Shown here: positions 14,983 through 24,556 of the stretch, one piece after another
How positions within the stretch are numbered: position 1 is the stretch's first letter
How the letters are laid out: every line of letters starts with the position of its first letter
DNA from: Candidatus Omnitrophota bacterium
GTDB lineage: Bacteria > Omnitrophota > Gorgyraeia > 2-01-FULL-45-10
NCBI GenBank assembly: GCA_023818895.1
Contig: JAMWCX010000002.1
Location: forward strand, 410,821 to 442,820
DNA: 32,000 nucleotides
Direction: 5' to 3'
The notes under the pieces: model-generated
What the model was told of the DNA's origin: nothing
Databases searched by the model: none
What the model saw: only the letters and a program-made list of their open reading frames with translations
Position numbers and translations under genes: made by a program

Positions 14983-15821
14983 GTCCCCCTTCCTATAATA
15001 TGCACATCCCTTTGCGGGAACGGAATCTGTATGCCTCCCGCTCTGAAAGCATCGAATATCGCCTTGTTCAGGTCGAATTTGACATCCCAATAACTTGACT
15101 GAGCACACCAGAGCCTCGCATAGATGACAACGCTTGAGTCGGCGAATTCTTCGATGCCTACCTTGGGCGCCGGTCTGGAGGCGACCCTTTTCTCGCGCGA
15201 AATGGCGTCCTTTACGATACTGAGCGCCTTATCCATATCCGACGAATAGCTCACCCCGACCTTAAGGTCAAGCCGCTTGAACTCGGAATAGTTGTGCATT
15301 ATTTCGCCGATGATCTTTTTGTTCGGGATGATGATGCGCGTCCCGTCAAGGGTGCGCATGATGGTACGCGCAAGCGTCATGTCCTCGACCTGGCCGATAT
15401 TTCCTCCGACCTCAAGGATATCGCCGACCTTAAACGGCTTAGTAAATATGAGAGTTGCACCAGCAGCATAGTTCGATAGCGGCCCCTGAAGCGCAAAGCT
15501 TGCGCCGAATCCTATGGCACCTAGGCCAGCTATAAAAGGCGCAATGGTAATTCCAAAATTGCCGAGGGCTATAAGAAGCGCTGTGGCCATTATTAGAAGC
15601 CGCACGACATCGACAAGAAATTTCGTTATAGTGACATCGGCTTTCTTGGCAAGGAGGAAAAGCTGGATTATCTTGCCGATAAATCTGGCAATGACCCATC
15701 CGGCAAGAAGGATCAAGATACCGCCTATAATGTTAAATATATTCTTCGATATGAAATCTAAAACGATATAGGCAAGCTCTTGCGCCGTGCGCCCCTGCAT
15801 CCCAAATAAGGCGTTACCCAT
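14964..15821 (-). CDS. mscS: Small-conductance mechanosensitive channel (MscS family)
   Basis: 285 aa with three N-terminal TM helices. The pore/beta-domain motif is PFKVGDILEVGGNIGQVEDMTLARTIMRTLDGTRIIIPN. RBS AAGGAGA. Confidence 0.9.
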   Translation of the reverse strand: MGNALFGMQGRTAQELAYIVLDFISKNIFNIIGGILILLAGWVIARFIGKIIQLFLLAKKADVTITKFLVDVVRLLIMATALLIALGNFGITIAPFIAGLGAIGFGASFALQGPLSNYAAGATLIFTKPFKVGDILEVGGNIGQVEDMTLARTIMRTLDGTRIIIPNKKIIGEIMHNYSEFKRLDLKVGVSYSSDMDKALSIVKDAISREKRVASRPAPKVGIEEFADSSVVIYARLWCAQSSYWDVKFDLNKAIFDAFRAGGIQIPFPQRDVHIIGRGTWPWQK

Positions 15822-15861
15822 TGCGTTCTCCTTTATATTTACAAATTTCGACTTGCTAAAA

Positions 15862-15938
15862 TGGCGTCCCTGGCCTGATTCGAACAGGCGACCCTCTGCT
15901 TAGAAGGCAGATGCTCTATCCAGCTGAGCTACAGGGAC
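15862..15938 (-). tRNA. tRNA-Arg (TCT), CCA encoded
   Basis: GTCCCTGTAGCTCAGCTGGATAGAGCATCTGCCTTCTAAGCAGAGGGTCGCCTGTTCGAATCAGGCCAGGGACGCCA. The anticodon loop is CTTCTAA. Confidence 0.95.
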
Positions 15939-16058
15939 ACTTAAAAATAAAAATGGCTGTGCCATGAACCCAAGCGTTTGCCCTGTACCGGAGCAAAAAA
16001 TAAGTTTTTGCAACCGGCACAGGGTACAAACCAGATTGAGGCAAACGCGAGTGGTTCA

Positions 16059-16135
16059 TGGTCGGGGCGGACAGATTTGAACTGTCGACTTCTTGGTCCC
16101 AAACCAAGCGCGCTAGCCAGCTGCGCTACGCCCCG
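16059..16135 (-). tRNA. tRNA-Pro (TGG), CCA encoded
   Basis: CGGGGCGTAGCGCAGCTGGCTAGCGCGCTTGGTTTGGGACCAAGAAGTCGACAGTTCAAATCTGTCCGCCCCGACCA. The anticodon loop is TTTGGGA. Confidence 0.95.
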
Positions 16136-16727
16136 ACAAATATTTTCTCAAAAATACCCGCGCTTTTTTGAGCGCCTTCGAGCGATGACTCATCCTGTCT
16201 TTGACTTTGAGCCCAAGCTGACCGAATGTCTTTCCATACCTCGGTATCAGAAATATAGGATCGTAGCCGAATCCATGCCTGCCTTTCGGCTGAAACGCTA
16301 TGAGACCCCTGCAGCTCTCCTCGATAAGCTTTAATATGCGACCCTTATCTGCTATAGCGACCGCGCAAACGAACGCCGCCTGCCTTTTAGAAAGCGGTGT
16401 ATCCTTTAAAAGGCCGAGGACCTTACGATTATTTGCCTTGTCGCTCTTAGCCGGGCCCGCAAAACGTGACGATCTAATGCCGGGCGCGCCTTTAAGGGCA
16501 TTTACGCAAAGACCTGAATCATCAGCAATCGCAAGCCCATTTACGAATCGCGATGCAACAAGGGCCTTTTTTGCCGCGTTCTGCTTAAAGGTATTGCCGT
16601 TTTCAATGATCCTTGGCGGCTTGGGAAAATCCGCTAATGAAACTATATCGGCTCTTATGGATTTTAAATACCTTTTTAGCTCGCGGAGCTTTCTTAAATT
16701 TTTTGTGGCAATTACCAGGGTTCTCAT
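16113..16727 (-). CDS. rdgB: dITP/XTP pyrophosphatase RdgB (HAM1 family)
   Basis: 204 aa with the motifs VIATKNLRKLRE, DDSGL, PGIRSSRF and GFGYDPIF. The last 23 nt, including the stop, overlap the 5' half of tRNA-Pro. Confidence 0.9.
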   Translation of the reverse strand: MRTLVIATKNLRKLRELKRYLKSIRADIVSLADFPKPPRIIENGNTFKQNAAKKALVASRFVNGLAIADDSGLCVNALKGAPGIRSSRFAGPAKSDKANNRKVLGLLKDTPLSKRQAAFVCAVAIADKGRILKLIEESCRGLIAFQPKGRHGFGYDPIFLIPRYGKTFGQLGLKVKDRMSHRSKALKKARVFLRKYLSGRSAAG

Positions 16728-16741
16728 TGATTTCTATCAGA

Positions 16742-17467
16742 TCAAACGAAACCTTTCAACACTTTTTTCTGGACCGCCACAATCTGGCTTATCCCCATCT
16801 TCCCAAGCTCCAGAAGCCGCTCCATATCACTCTTGGTAAACGGTTTTTTCTCAGCCGTCCCCTGAATCTCCACGAACTTGCCGCTTCCGGTCATCACTAT
16901 ATTCATATCTACCTCGGCGGTCGAATCTTCCTCGTAATCTAAATCGAGAACTGGTCTACCATCTATCATTCCAACGCTCACCGCGGCTACATAATCAGAT
17001 ATCGGTATCTCGCTTAATATTCCGTCTTTCTTCATCCTCGAAAGCGCCAGGACAAGGGAGACAAAACTTCCGGTAATGCTGGCGCACCTTGTGCCGCCAT
17101 CGGCCTGTATGACATCGCAGTCCATCCATATTGTGCGTTCGCCGATTAGCGACATATCCACAACCGCTCTCATCGACCTGCCTATTAGACGCTGTATCTC
17201 TTGGGTCCTTCCGCCGAGCTTTCCCTTGGAAGATTCGCGCGGCACACGCGTCTTGCAGGAGCGTGGTATCATGCCATATTCGGCGGTCACCCACCCCACT
17301 CCCTTTCCTCTTAAAAACAAGGGAACACCATCTTCGACGCTCGCGGTCGTAATAACTTTAGTATCGCCGAACTCTATAAGACAGGAACCTTCGGCATAAT
17401 CTATATAATCTTTTATTATCTTTATCTTGCGAAGCTCGTTATTCGCTCTTCCATTTTGCCTTGGCAT
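16742..17467 (-). CDS. rph: Ribonuclease PH
   Basis: 241 aa with [38 protein letters not shown] and [18 protein letters not shown]. Confidence 0.95.
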   Translation of the reverse strand: MPRQNGRANNELRKIKIIKDYIDYAEGSCLIEFGDTKVITTASVEDGVPLFLRGKGVGWVTAEYGMIPRSCKTRVPRESSKGKLGGRTQEIQRLIGRSMRAVVDMSLIGERTIWMDCDVIQADGGTRCASITGSFVSLVLALSRMKKDGILSEIPISDYVAAVSVGMIDGRPVLDLDYEEDSTAEVDMNIVMTGSGKFVEIQGTAEKKPFTKSDMERLLELGKMGISQIVAVQKKVLKGFV

Positions 17468-17981
17468 ATATGTCCCTTCCTTGAGAGTCTATTCCGACGA
17501 TTAGCGGGAAATCTTTAACCTCGAGGCGGTGTATCGCCTCAGTGCCGAGATCTTTGAAAAGCACCACGCTGGCCGACTTTACCTTGGTGGCAAGAAGCGC
17601 GCCGATACCGCCAGTCGCAAGAAAATATACACACTTATTGTTTTTTATGGCTTTGCGAACCTCTTCTGAGCGGTCACCTTTTCCTATCATAGCTGAGATG
17701 CCAAGCTTTATAAGCTCCGGTGTAAAACGGTCCATTCTTGAACTTGTGGTAGGGCCGCATGAACCGATGGGCAGTCCCGGCGGTGGCGGAGTAGGCCCGC
17801 AATAATATATGACGGCTTCCTTGAGGTTAATTGGAAGACGGCCGCCTTTCTTTATAAGATCTGAGAGGCGCTTGTGCGCGGCATCTCGAGCCGTAAAAAT
17901 AACACCACTCAATAGGACCTCATCGCCGACCTTAAGCTTTTTTATTACATTTTTCTCAAGAGGCGCTGTTATTTTGATCAT
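17439..17981 (-). CDS. Class I (Fe-S) fumarate hydratase, beta/C-terminal subunit
   Basis: ATG at 17981 has RBS AAGGTG (the track's GTG at 17990 lies inside that RBS). Motifs are [21 protein letters not shown] and MIGKGDRS. Confidence 0.85.
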   Translation of the reverse strand: MIKITAPLEKNVIKKLKVGDEVLLSGVIFTARDAAHKRLSDLIKKGGRLPINLKEAVIYYCGPTPPPPGLPIGSCGPTTSSRMDRFTPELIKLGISAMIGKGDRSEEVRKAIKNNKCVYFLATGGIGALLATKVKSASVVLFKDLGTEAIHRLEVKDFPLIVGIDSQGRDIYAKAKWKSE

Positions 17982-18080
17982 ACTTTGCACCTTATTATCG
18001 CATATCGGTTATATTAACTATTTCGCCCTCATTAACCCCGTAAACGCTGCGCAATTAAAATTTCATTGGGAAAAGCTGAC

Positions 18081-18923
18081 TCATATCGTCCTTTCCGCGC
18101 TGCGTGTCGCATGACAGCTTACATTCACAGCAACGGGAAGTCCGGCTATGTGTGTGGGGTAGTCAAGTATCCTCAAACCCAATATAGTAGTCTTCCCTCC
18201 AAGGCCCATCGGCCCTATTCCCAACGAATTTATCTTTGATATAAGCTCGCGCTCCAGCTTAGCCATATGCGGCTTAGGATTAGAGCTACCAACCGGCTCC
18301 AGAAGCGCTTTTTTCGCCAAAAGCGAAGCCTCGTCAAATGTCCCGCCCATCCCTATGCCGAGGATCACGGGTGGACAGGCGCCGGTACCTGCCTTTTTTA
18401 CAACCTCTATTATAAAATCTTCTATCTCCTCATCAGAGGCTGTGGGAATAAACATCTTTATGGCGCTTTTATTTTCGCTGCCGAACCCTTTTGGGGAAAC
18501 AGTTATCTTAACCTTGTCTCCTTTGACTATTTCAGTATGTATGACAGCCGGTGTGTTGTTCATCGTATTCTTCCTCACACGCACATCGCCGACAACCGAT
18601 GATCTCAAACAGCCGGTCATGTAAGCCCTCGAGACCCCCTCGTTTATCGCTGAGATGAGACTGCCCCCAGTCAGCGAAACATTCTGACCTAACTGCAGAT
18701 GCACGACCACTATACCGGTGTCCTGACAGATAGCAAGCCGCTTTGACTTCGCAAGACGGGCGTTTTCGATGATACTCTCCAGTATACGCCGGGCCCGAGC
18801 CTCGGTCTCATTATCAACGGCTGCTCTGATCGCCGCGAGCACATCTTCCCTGAGCTCAAAATTTGCTTTAAGACAGAGATCCGCGACTGTATCCCGTATT
18901 TTTGAAACGCTTACTTTTCTCAT
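18081..18923 (-). CDS. Class I (Fe-S) fumarate hydratase, alpha/N-terminal subunit
   Basis: 280 aa with ICQDTGIVVV, NTPAVIHTEIV and GACPPVILGIGMGGT, the cluster-ligand and fold pattern of FumA-type hydro-lyases. Confidence 0.85.
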   Translation of the reverse strand: MRKVSVSKIRDTVADLCLKANFELREDVLAAIRAAVDNETEARARRILESIIENARLAKSKRLAICQDTGIVVVHLQLGQNVSLTGGSLISAINEGVSRAYMTGCLRSSVVGDVRVRKNTMNNTPAVIHTEIVKGDKVKITVSPKGFGSENKSAIKMFIPTASDEEIEDFIIEVVKKAGTGACPPVILGIGMGGTFDEASLLAKKALLEPVGSSNPKPHMAKLERELISKINSLGIGPMGLGGKTTILGLRILDYPTHIAGLPVAVNVSCHATRSAERTI

Positions 18924-19357
18924 TCTTTATTTTCTTTTAGCTTCAAAGCCAAGGTCTTAAACTTTGCGCTTTTGAAATACTCCGCCTTTACGGTTGTCTT
19001 GATCCCCCCGCGCGCGTTGAACTCGCCAACAACCTCCATCCACCGCGGTTTGCAGCACCTCACCAAGTCATCGAGAATTTTGTTCACCACATGCTCATTG
19101 AATATTCCAACGTCTCGGAAAAACAAAGTGTAATACTTAAGCGATTTGAGCTCTATGCAATCAACATCCGGAATATACCGTATTACGATATCGGCAAAAT
19201 CGGGAAGCCCGGTCTTGGGGCATATGGAAGTAAACTCCGGAATATCTATTTGAACCACATAATCCCTCTCAGGGTACTGATTTTTCCAAGTTTCCACCAC
19301 AGGCGTCTTAAGCTCTTTGATTTTATCCTGCAATCCTTCATAAGCCGATTTTTTCAT
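18920..19357 (-). CDS. queF: NADPH-dependent 7-cyano-7-deazaguanine (preQ0) reductase, unimodular type
   Basis: 145 aa with EFTSICPKTGLPDFADIVIRYIPD, ELKSLKYY and FNEH. Confidence 0.9.
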   Translation of the reverse strand: MKKSAYEGLQDKIKELKTPVVETWKNQYPERDYVVQIDIPEFTSICPKTGLPDFADIVIRYIPDVDCIELKSLKYYTLFFRDVGIFNEHVVNKILDDLVRCCKPRWMEVVGEFNARGGIKTTVKAEYFKSAKFKTLALKLKENKE

Positions 19358-19403
19358 AACTCTTTTTGCCTCTTCTTATCAACTAAGGATGACCAATGGC
19401 ATC

Positions 19404-20108
19404 CTATTTTACTCCCCAGAACTTATGCATCTGGGGGATAACGCGCACACCCTCAACATTATGCTTGGCGCCCATCTCGACAAACTTAATCAGTTTTTCC
19501 TTCGAGACGGCCTTTTCATCTGGTCTAACAGGCGTAGCCGGTTGAAGTATAAAAGGTATTTTCACGCGCGCTTTCGCAATAATGCTCAAGGCATTCTCGA
19601 TATCGCGGTCGGTCGTCTCCGCGGTGACAACAGCTTTTACGAAAACTTTTTTCGCAGAAGATATATCAAGGAAACGTCTGTGCTCATCCCAAAATGCCCT
19701 CTGAGCAGTAGACGACGGCATCTTTATATCCATAGCTATGATGTCAATAAAATCGATAACCTCGGAAAGCTTATCCGGCATTGTGCCGTTGGTCTCAAGG
19801 TAAGACTTCATACCTTTATTCTTAAGAAGCGGAAGGAAGTCTTTAAGAAAGTCTGTATAACAGAGGGGCTCTCCGCCTGTAAGCGCGACAGAATGGTGCG
19901 GCCCCTTCGCATCTTCAAGAGACATTACCTTATCTAAAAGGGTTGGCGGAGAATATGGCGTTGCTCGGCCTTCGTGAGGTTCATCACAATAAACACAATG
20001 CAGGTTGCACTCCTTGAAGCGAACAAACACCTGCTTTGCGCCCTGGAAGATACCCTCCCCCTGAATAGATGAGAATATATCGACTATATCAGCCTCTTGT
20101 CTTTGCAT
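19404..20108 (-). CDS. queE: 7-carboxy-7-deazaguanine synthase (radical SAM)
   Basis: 234 aa with FSSIQGEGIFQGAKQVFVRFKECNLHCVYCD (the CxxxCxxC cluster motif). Confidence 0.9.
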   Translation of the reverse strand: MQRQEADIVDIFSSIQGEGIFQGAKQVFVRFKECNLHCVYCDEPHEGRATPYSPPTLLDKVMSLEDAKGPHHSVALTGGEPLCYTDFLKDFLPLLKNKGMKSYLETNGTMPDKLSEVIDFIDIIAMDIKMPSSTAQRAFWDEHRRFLDISSAKKVFVKAVVTAETTDRDIENALSIIAKARVKIPFILQPATPVRPDEKAVSKEKLIKFVEMGAKHNVEGVRVIPQMHKFWGVK

Positions 20109-20838
20109 ACAAAGGATCCTTCAAACCTGCCTCATCGAAACCTTTTGCTCTTAATATACATGAATCGCACCTGCCGCACGGATATCTTCCACCGCTGTAG
20201 CAGGACCAGGTGTAACCAAAAGGGACCCCCAACTTTGCGCCAAGCCGAATGATCTGAGATTTGTTTTTTCTTATAAGCGGAAATTCAAGCCTCAGCTTAT
20301 TCTCAAGGCCTCGCTTTGTGCCAAGCCTTATCGCCTTATCCTTAGCTTTAAGAAACTCTATCCTGCAATCGGGATATCCGCTCGAATCCTGGAAATGCGC
20401 ACCTATAAATATAGCGTACGCCCCGATCGCCTCCGCATAAGAAGCAGCTATACTTATAAACATCTTGTTGCGCGCCGGCACATAGGTTGACGGTATACCT
20501 TTCGAAATCGCTCTGAGAGTCCTGTCTACCGGCAGCGGCATTCTATCATCAACAAGACTTGACCCCTTCCATGGAAGCCTTAAGCTGACAATTTTAAGGG
20601 GTACGCCTGCTTTTGAGGCTATTTTCCTCGCGAACGCCATCTCGACAGCGTGCCTTTGGCCGTAATCAAAAGCCAGGCAGTAGCACTGGTAACCTTCCCG
20701 CATAGCGTAATAAAGCGTTACCGCCGAATCAAGGCCACCCGAAAGAAGGATTATCGCCTTTTTACCTTCGCCACGTTCTTTTCTTTTTATATCCTTCATA
20801 TGACCGTGTTGTTTGACGCTTGACACAGAAGGCAACAC
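20089..20838 (-). CDS. queC: 7-cyano-7-deazaguanine synthase
   Basis: Carries the PP-loop ILLSGGLDS and the C-terminal Zn motif CYSGGRYPCGRCDSC. The start is uncertain: GTG at 20838 abuts the queD stop, and ATG at 20799 (MKDIK...) is an alternative. Confidence 0.9.
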   Translation of the reverse strand: MLPSVSSVKQHGHMKDIKRKERGEGKKAIILLSGGLDSAVTLYYAMREGYQCYCLAFDYGQRHAVEMAFARKIASKAGVPLKIVSLRLPWKGSSLVDDRMPLPVDRTLRAISKGIPSTYVPARNKMFISIAASYAEAIGAYAIFIGAHFQDSSGYPDCRIEFLKAKDKAIRLGTKRGLENKLRLEFPLIRKNKSQIIRLGAKLGVPFGYTWSCYSGGRYPCGRCDSCILRAKGFDEAGLKDPLYAKTRG

Positions 20839-21198
20839 TCAGGACTGCCTATACGTCGCACAGGAAGACTCGCTTTCCCAGACCGAGACCGATGAAACAG
20901 CGCTGTTTTTCTTCCGGATCTCTTCAAAAATGAACTTCGCCAGATTTTCCGATGTAGGATTCATTCCTTTAAGTATCTTGAGTTCGTTTAAGTATGAATG
21001 ATCTAGCGCCTCCAGGACTTCCGCAAGCTGTTGCTTTGCTATCCTGAAATCTATGGCAAGACCGGTGTTATCAAGAGAATGGTAAATAAAGGCAGCTTCA
21101 ACGATCCAGTTGTGCCCATGAAGTTTCTCACACTTACCGTGATAATTCTCAAGGTTATGCGCTGAGCTAAAATATGACTTCACCCTTATTTCGAACAT
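20839..21198 (-). CDS. queD: 6-carboxy-5,6,7,8-tetrahydropterin synthase
   Basis: 119 aa with FSSAHNL and CEKLHGHNW, the Zn/His catalytic pattern of PTPS-type QueD. Confidence 0.9.
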   Translation of the reverse strand: MFEIRVKSYFSSAHNLENYHGKCEKLHGHNWIVEAAFIYHSLDNTGLAIDFRIAKQQLAEVLEALDHSYLNELKILKGMNPTSENLAKFIFEEIRKKNSAVSSVSVWESESSCATYRQS

Positions 21199-21199
21199 T

Positions 21200-21997
21200 T
21201 CATACCGCCTTTCTGGCGCAAGTTATACGCTTTCGCAAAAACAGGCGGGCTGTTTTCACAAACCGCCCCGGTTCATCGCTTACAAAAAAACAGTGCCTGC
21301 CGACTCCGTGGCTCTCCTTCAAAAGGCCGCTCGAGTCGAGTATTATCCTCGCCTCTTTAGCTACCTCTTTAGCCGAATCCACAAGAAGAACATTCTTACC
21401 CATCACCGCCTGTATTACATCCCTCATGAGCGGGTAGTGCGTGCATCCCAGTATTAAGGTATCTATCATTCGGTCTTTAAGAGGCTTGAGGTAAAACGCC
21501 GCTATATCTTTGGTGAAGCTTTTATTGAACCAACCCTCCTCCGCCAATGGCACAAAAAGAGGGCAACTTTGACCAAAGACCGATATTCTCGGATTTATTT
21601 TCTTTATCGCCTTGTCGTACGCTCCAGATGAGATCGTCGCGGAAGTGCCGATAATCCCTACCCTGTTATTTCGAGTCGAGCTTACGGCGCACTTGGCGCC
21701 CGGATCTATGACACCTAGTATCGGTACTCGAAAACATCTCTTCAGGAAATCAAGGCTAAGCGATGAGGCTGTATTGCAGGCAACGATGACGAGCTTGACA
21801 TTCTTCCGCATAAGAAACTCGATATTCTCGACGGAGAATCTCGTTACCGTTTCTTTTGACTTTGTCCCGTAAGGAACTCTTGCCGTGTCGCCAAAATAGA
21901 CGATGTCTTCATGAGGCAATATTCTGGTAAGCGCCGCAATCACGGTAAGTCCTCCCACACCTGAGTCGAAAACACCTATAGGACGCGCGTCGCTCAT
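21200..21997 (-). CDS. murI: Glutamate racemase
   Basis: 265 aa with IGVFDSGVGGLTV, VIVACNTAS and LGCTHYPL. Confidence 0.9.
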   Translation of the reverse strand: MSDARPIGVFDSGVGGLTVIAALTRILPHEDIVYFGDTARVPYGTKSKETVTRFSVENIEFLMRKNVKLVIVACNTASSLSLDFLKRCFRVPILGVIDPGAKCAVSSTRNNRVGIIGTSATISSGAYDKAIKKINPRISVFGQSCPLFVPLAEEGWFNKSFTKDIAAFYLKPLKDRMIDTLILGCTHYPLMRDVIQAVMGKNVLLVDSAKEVAKEARIILDSSGLLKESHGVGRHCFFVSDEPGRFVKTARLFLRKRITCARKAV

Positions 21998-23124
21998 ATC
22001 TTGGTAAATCCTTCCGTCCTTTCGTAACGCTCCTTATACCTGAGTATGCCGCGGGCAATCGCCTCGGCAAGCTGATCCAGGAATCGCGGGTCCTTAAGCT
22101 TCAACTCATCGGCCCTGTTGCTGATATATCCTGCCTCAACTAAGACCGATGGTATATTTGTGTTCTTCAGCACATAAAAGCGCGCGGACCTCACGCCCCT
22201 ATTCTTCAATAGAAGGCTTTCCTCCACAGAGGAACATATATAACTGGCAAGCTCTCCTGACTCCATCCTGTTCTCGCTAAGCGTCATATCCCACAACGTC
22301 TTATCAAGATGTTTGGAATGCTCGGCTTCGGCAGAATCACTCAGCTTAAGCGATGAGTCTTCGAACGCGGCAAGCGCTCGCGCGTTATCATCCGTCGCGT
22401 CCGAAAGATAGTAACATTCGAACCCTCTCAATAGCCGAGAACGCGAAGCATTTACGTGTATGCTGACAAAAATGTCCGCGCTCGATGAATTTGCCATATC
22501 AGCCCGTTTTGGGAGGGGTATGAATGTATCGTCGCTGCGAGTCATTATGACCTTGATGCCAGAGTTTTCCAAAATCTGTTTTATTCTCTTAGAGAGAGCC
22601 AGGGCGACATCCTTTTCCTGAAGTTTAAGGCCGCGGCCAACGGCACCCACATCTTTACCTCCATGGCCCGTATCAAGAACAACGGTACGTATAGTGAATT
22701 TCCTGGCGCTTGGAACCGTCGCCTCCGGCACCCTCACACTGGTGGGGATTGTCGGGCGAGTAGTTATCATTGGTGCTATATTATTTCTCACAAAAGATAG
22801 CGGTACATACACGACAGCACCCGATACCATAACAGGCCTGTCGAGACTTCTCTCAGTACCATTAACGAGGATGCGCTCGCTCCCTTCCCTGAGTACGATA
22901 ATATTAGAGTCACGTTGTACCGTGGCGGTCCTGGCCACCGTATCCCATTTACAACTTATGCTATAAACGTCGCATAGCCTGGTGAGAGGAACATACTCAA
23001 ATCCGCCAAAAGTCCTGATATCGGCCTGCAACGACCTGTCAAGCCTGAAATAGGAAGTGTGCGTCGTCGCGCATCCGGCTAGAAAGATGGCGGCCAAGAC
23101 GACCGCTATTATTTTTTTCGTCAT
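21994..23124 (-). CDS. N-acetylmuramoyl-L-alanine amidase (Amidase_3) with an N-terminal stalk/targeting domain
   Basis: 376 aa with a lipoprotein-like signal (LAGC). The catalytic part carries VVLDTGHGGKDVGA, ADIFVSIHVNA and PSVLVEAGYISN. It overlaps the murI start by 4 nt. Confidence 0.85.
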   Translation of the reverse strand: MTKKIIAVVLAAIFLAGCATTHTSYFRLDRSLQADIRTFGGFEYVPLTRLCDVYSISCKWDTVARTATVQRDSNIIVLREGSERILVNGTERSLDRPVMVSGAVVYVPLSFVRNNIAPMITTRPTIPTSVRVPEATVPSARKFTIRTVVLDTGHGGKDVGAVGRGLKLQEKDVALALSKRIKQILENSGIKVIMTRSDDTFIPLPKRADMANSSSADIFVSIHVNASRSRLLRGFECYYLSDATDDNARALAAFEDSSLKLSDSAEAEHSKHLDKTLWDMTLSENRMESGELASYICSSVEESLLLKNRGVRSARFYVLKNTNIPSVLVEAGYISNRADELKLKDPRFLDQLAEAIARGILRYKERYERTEGFTKI

Positions 23125-23318
23125 TTTTTCCTTTTCGTGATGTTTACGGGGCGCTCCTTCTAATGTCCTAAGAAGCGTTCCGTAAGATTTTTATGGCACA
23201 CCTTTACTTTGCAATCAACACTCCAAACACTTGCTGCTTCGTAAAACAAATATACTAAGGTTCGACAGGCAACCTCTCATGCGTAGCCCCGTTTGGTCTG
23301 CGTGTTGAAGGCGAAGTA

Positions 23319-23403
23319 TGGTGCGGAAGAAGGGAGTCGAACCCTTAAGGTTTTACCCATACGGTCCTGAGCCGTACGCGTCTGCCAATTCCGCCACTTC
23401 CGC
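23319..23403 (-). tRNA. tRNA-Leu (CAG), long variable arm, CCA encoded
   Basis: GCGGAAGTGGCGGAATTGGCAGACGCGTACGGCTCAGGACCGTATGGGTAAAACCTTAAGGGTTCGACTCCCTTCTTCCGCACCA. The anticodon loop is CTCAGGA. Confidence 0.95.
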
Positions 23404-23462
23404 CTAAAATTAGCTTGTTTAGTATACCCTAAAAGACAGGCTCTGTCAATTATGGCCCCTTC

Positions 23463-23491
23463 TTGAACTTATATTAAAATTATGATATAGT
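23463..23491 (+). promoter_or_regulatory. Candidate sigma70 promoter of smpB
   Basis: TTGAAC (23463-23468) is followed by a 17-nt spacer and TATAGT (23486-23491). The ATG lies only 12 nt after the -10 and there is no SD. Confidence 0.5.
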
Positions 23492-23503
23492 ATTCAGGCC
23501 ATA

Positions 23504-23947
23504 ATGACAGAGAAGCCAATAGCTACCAACAGGCAGGCGCGATTCAACTATACCATCCTTGACAGCCTTGAGGCGGGAATAGCTCTCAAAGGCACGGAGG
23601 TCAAGTCGCTGAGGTCTGGCAAGGCCAACCTGAACGACAGTTTCGCCAGGGTCGAAGGCGGTGAGATCTTTCTCTACAACATGCATATATCGCCTTATGA
23701 ATTCGGGAATATAAATAATCTCGACCCGCTAAGGCCAAGGAAGCTTCTGCTCCATAAAAGTCAGATAAGAAAACTTGTCGGTGAAACATCGGCGAAGCGC
23801 CTGACGTTAGTGCCATTGAGATTATATTTTAAAGACGGAATAGCCAAGGTAGAGCTCGCCCTCGCGAAAGGCAAGAGGCAGTATGACAAGCGCGAGGCGA
23901 TAAAGAAACGCGAAGCTGACAGGGAGCTCCGCCGACGTTTGGCGTGA
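23504..23947 (+). CDS. smpB: SsrA-binding protein SmpB
   Basis: 147 aa with [34 protein letters not shown] and RKLLLHK. It is followed by the tmRNA gene. Confidence 0.95.
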   Translation: MTEKPIATNRQARFNYTILDSLEAGIALKGTEVKSLRSGKANLNDSFARVEGGEIFLYNMHISPYEFGNINNLDPLRPRKLLLHKSQIRKLVGETSAKRLTLVPLRLYFKDGIAKVELALAKGKRQYDKREAIKKREADRELRRRLA

Positions 23948-24040
23948 TAAGAATGTTCTTTGGCATATGGGTAGGCTCAAAAATCTGATTTTTTAACCGC
24001 AGCTTTTTGGAATAATTTCACCCATATAAAAAACTTTTTC

Positions 24041-24455
<415 letters not shown>

Positions 24456-24556
24456 CTTTCGCCTTGATTAGTTGATTAAGTAGGCGGGTTTGGGTGGTAA
24501 GCCATAAAAATATCTTTTAAGGCTGGCCCGTTAGTGTCAAAACGAGGGCGCGCTTT

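Noticed and set aside
14444-15108. Long N-terminal extensions of the track ORFs 13910-14527 and 14623-15108 (and similarly 29623-30261 and 1173-2618).
   Set aside because: The extensions read through tRNA-His or the upstream gene and lack an RBS. Internal ATGs with strong SD sites followed by signal peptides (14443, 14982, 30207, 2597) are the credible starts.
16113-16135. The 23-nt overlap of the rdgB 3' end, including its TAG stop, with the 5' half of tRNA-Pro.
   Set aside because: This is a real coordinate overlap, but it most simply reflects a non-conserved C-terminal tail (…SGRSAAG) running into the next gene. There is no evidence of functional significance.
15916-16334. ORFs 15916-16107 (-) and 15978-16334 (+).
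   Set aside because: They run through tRNA-Arg, tRNA-Pro and the rdgB 3' end, so they are explained by the RNA genes and by antisense reading of rdgB.
18920-21198. An expected preQ1 riboswitch controlling the queDCEF cluster.
   Set aside because: There is no leader. queD starts 1 nt after the murI stop, and all que genes abut or overlap, so there is no room for a riboswitch in this window.
161-22966. Numerous plus-strand ORFs in the track (e.g. 161-379, 720-1142, 6416-6811, 7925-8503, 11931-12482, 16300-16839, 19389-19937) and alternative-frame minus ORFs (e.g. 6175-6447, 6423-6734, 10496-10717, 15439-15699, 16995-17294).
   Set aside because: All lie inside or antisense to long, motif-rich minus-strand genes. 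They lack SD sites, have low-complexity or Arg/Ser/Pro-rich translations typical of shadow frames, and show no recognisable motifs.
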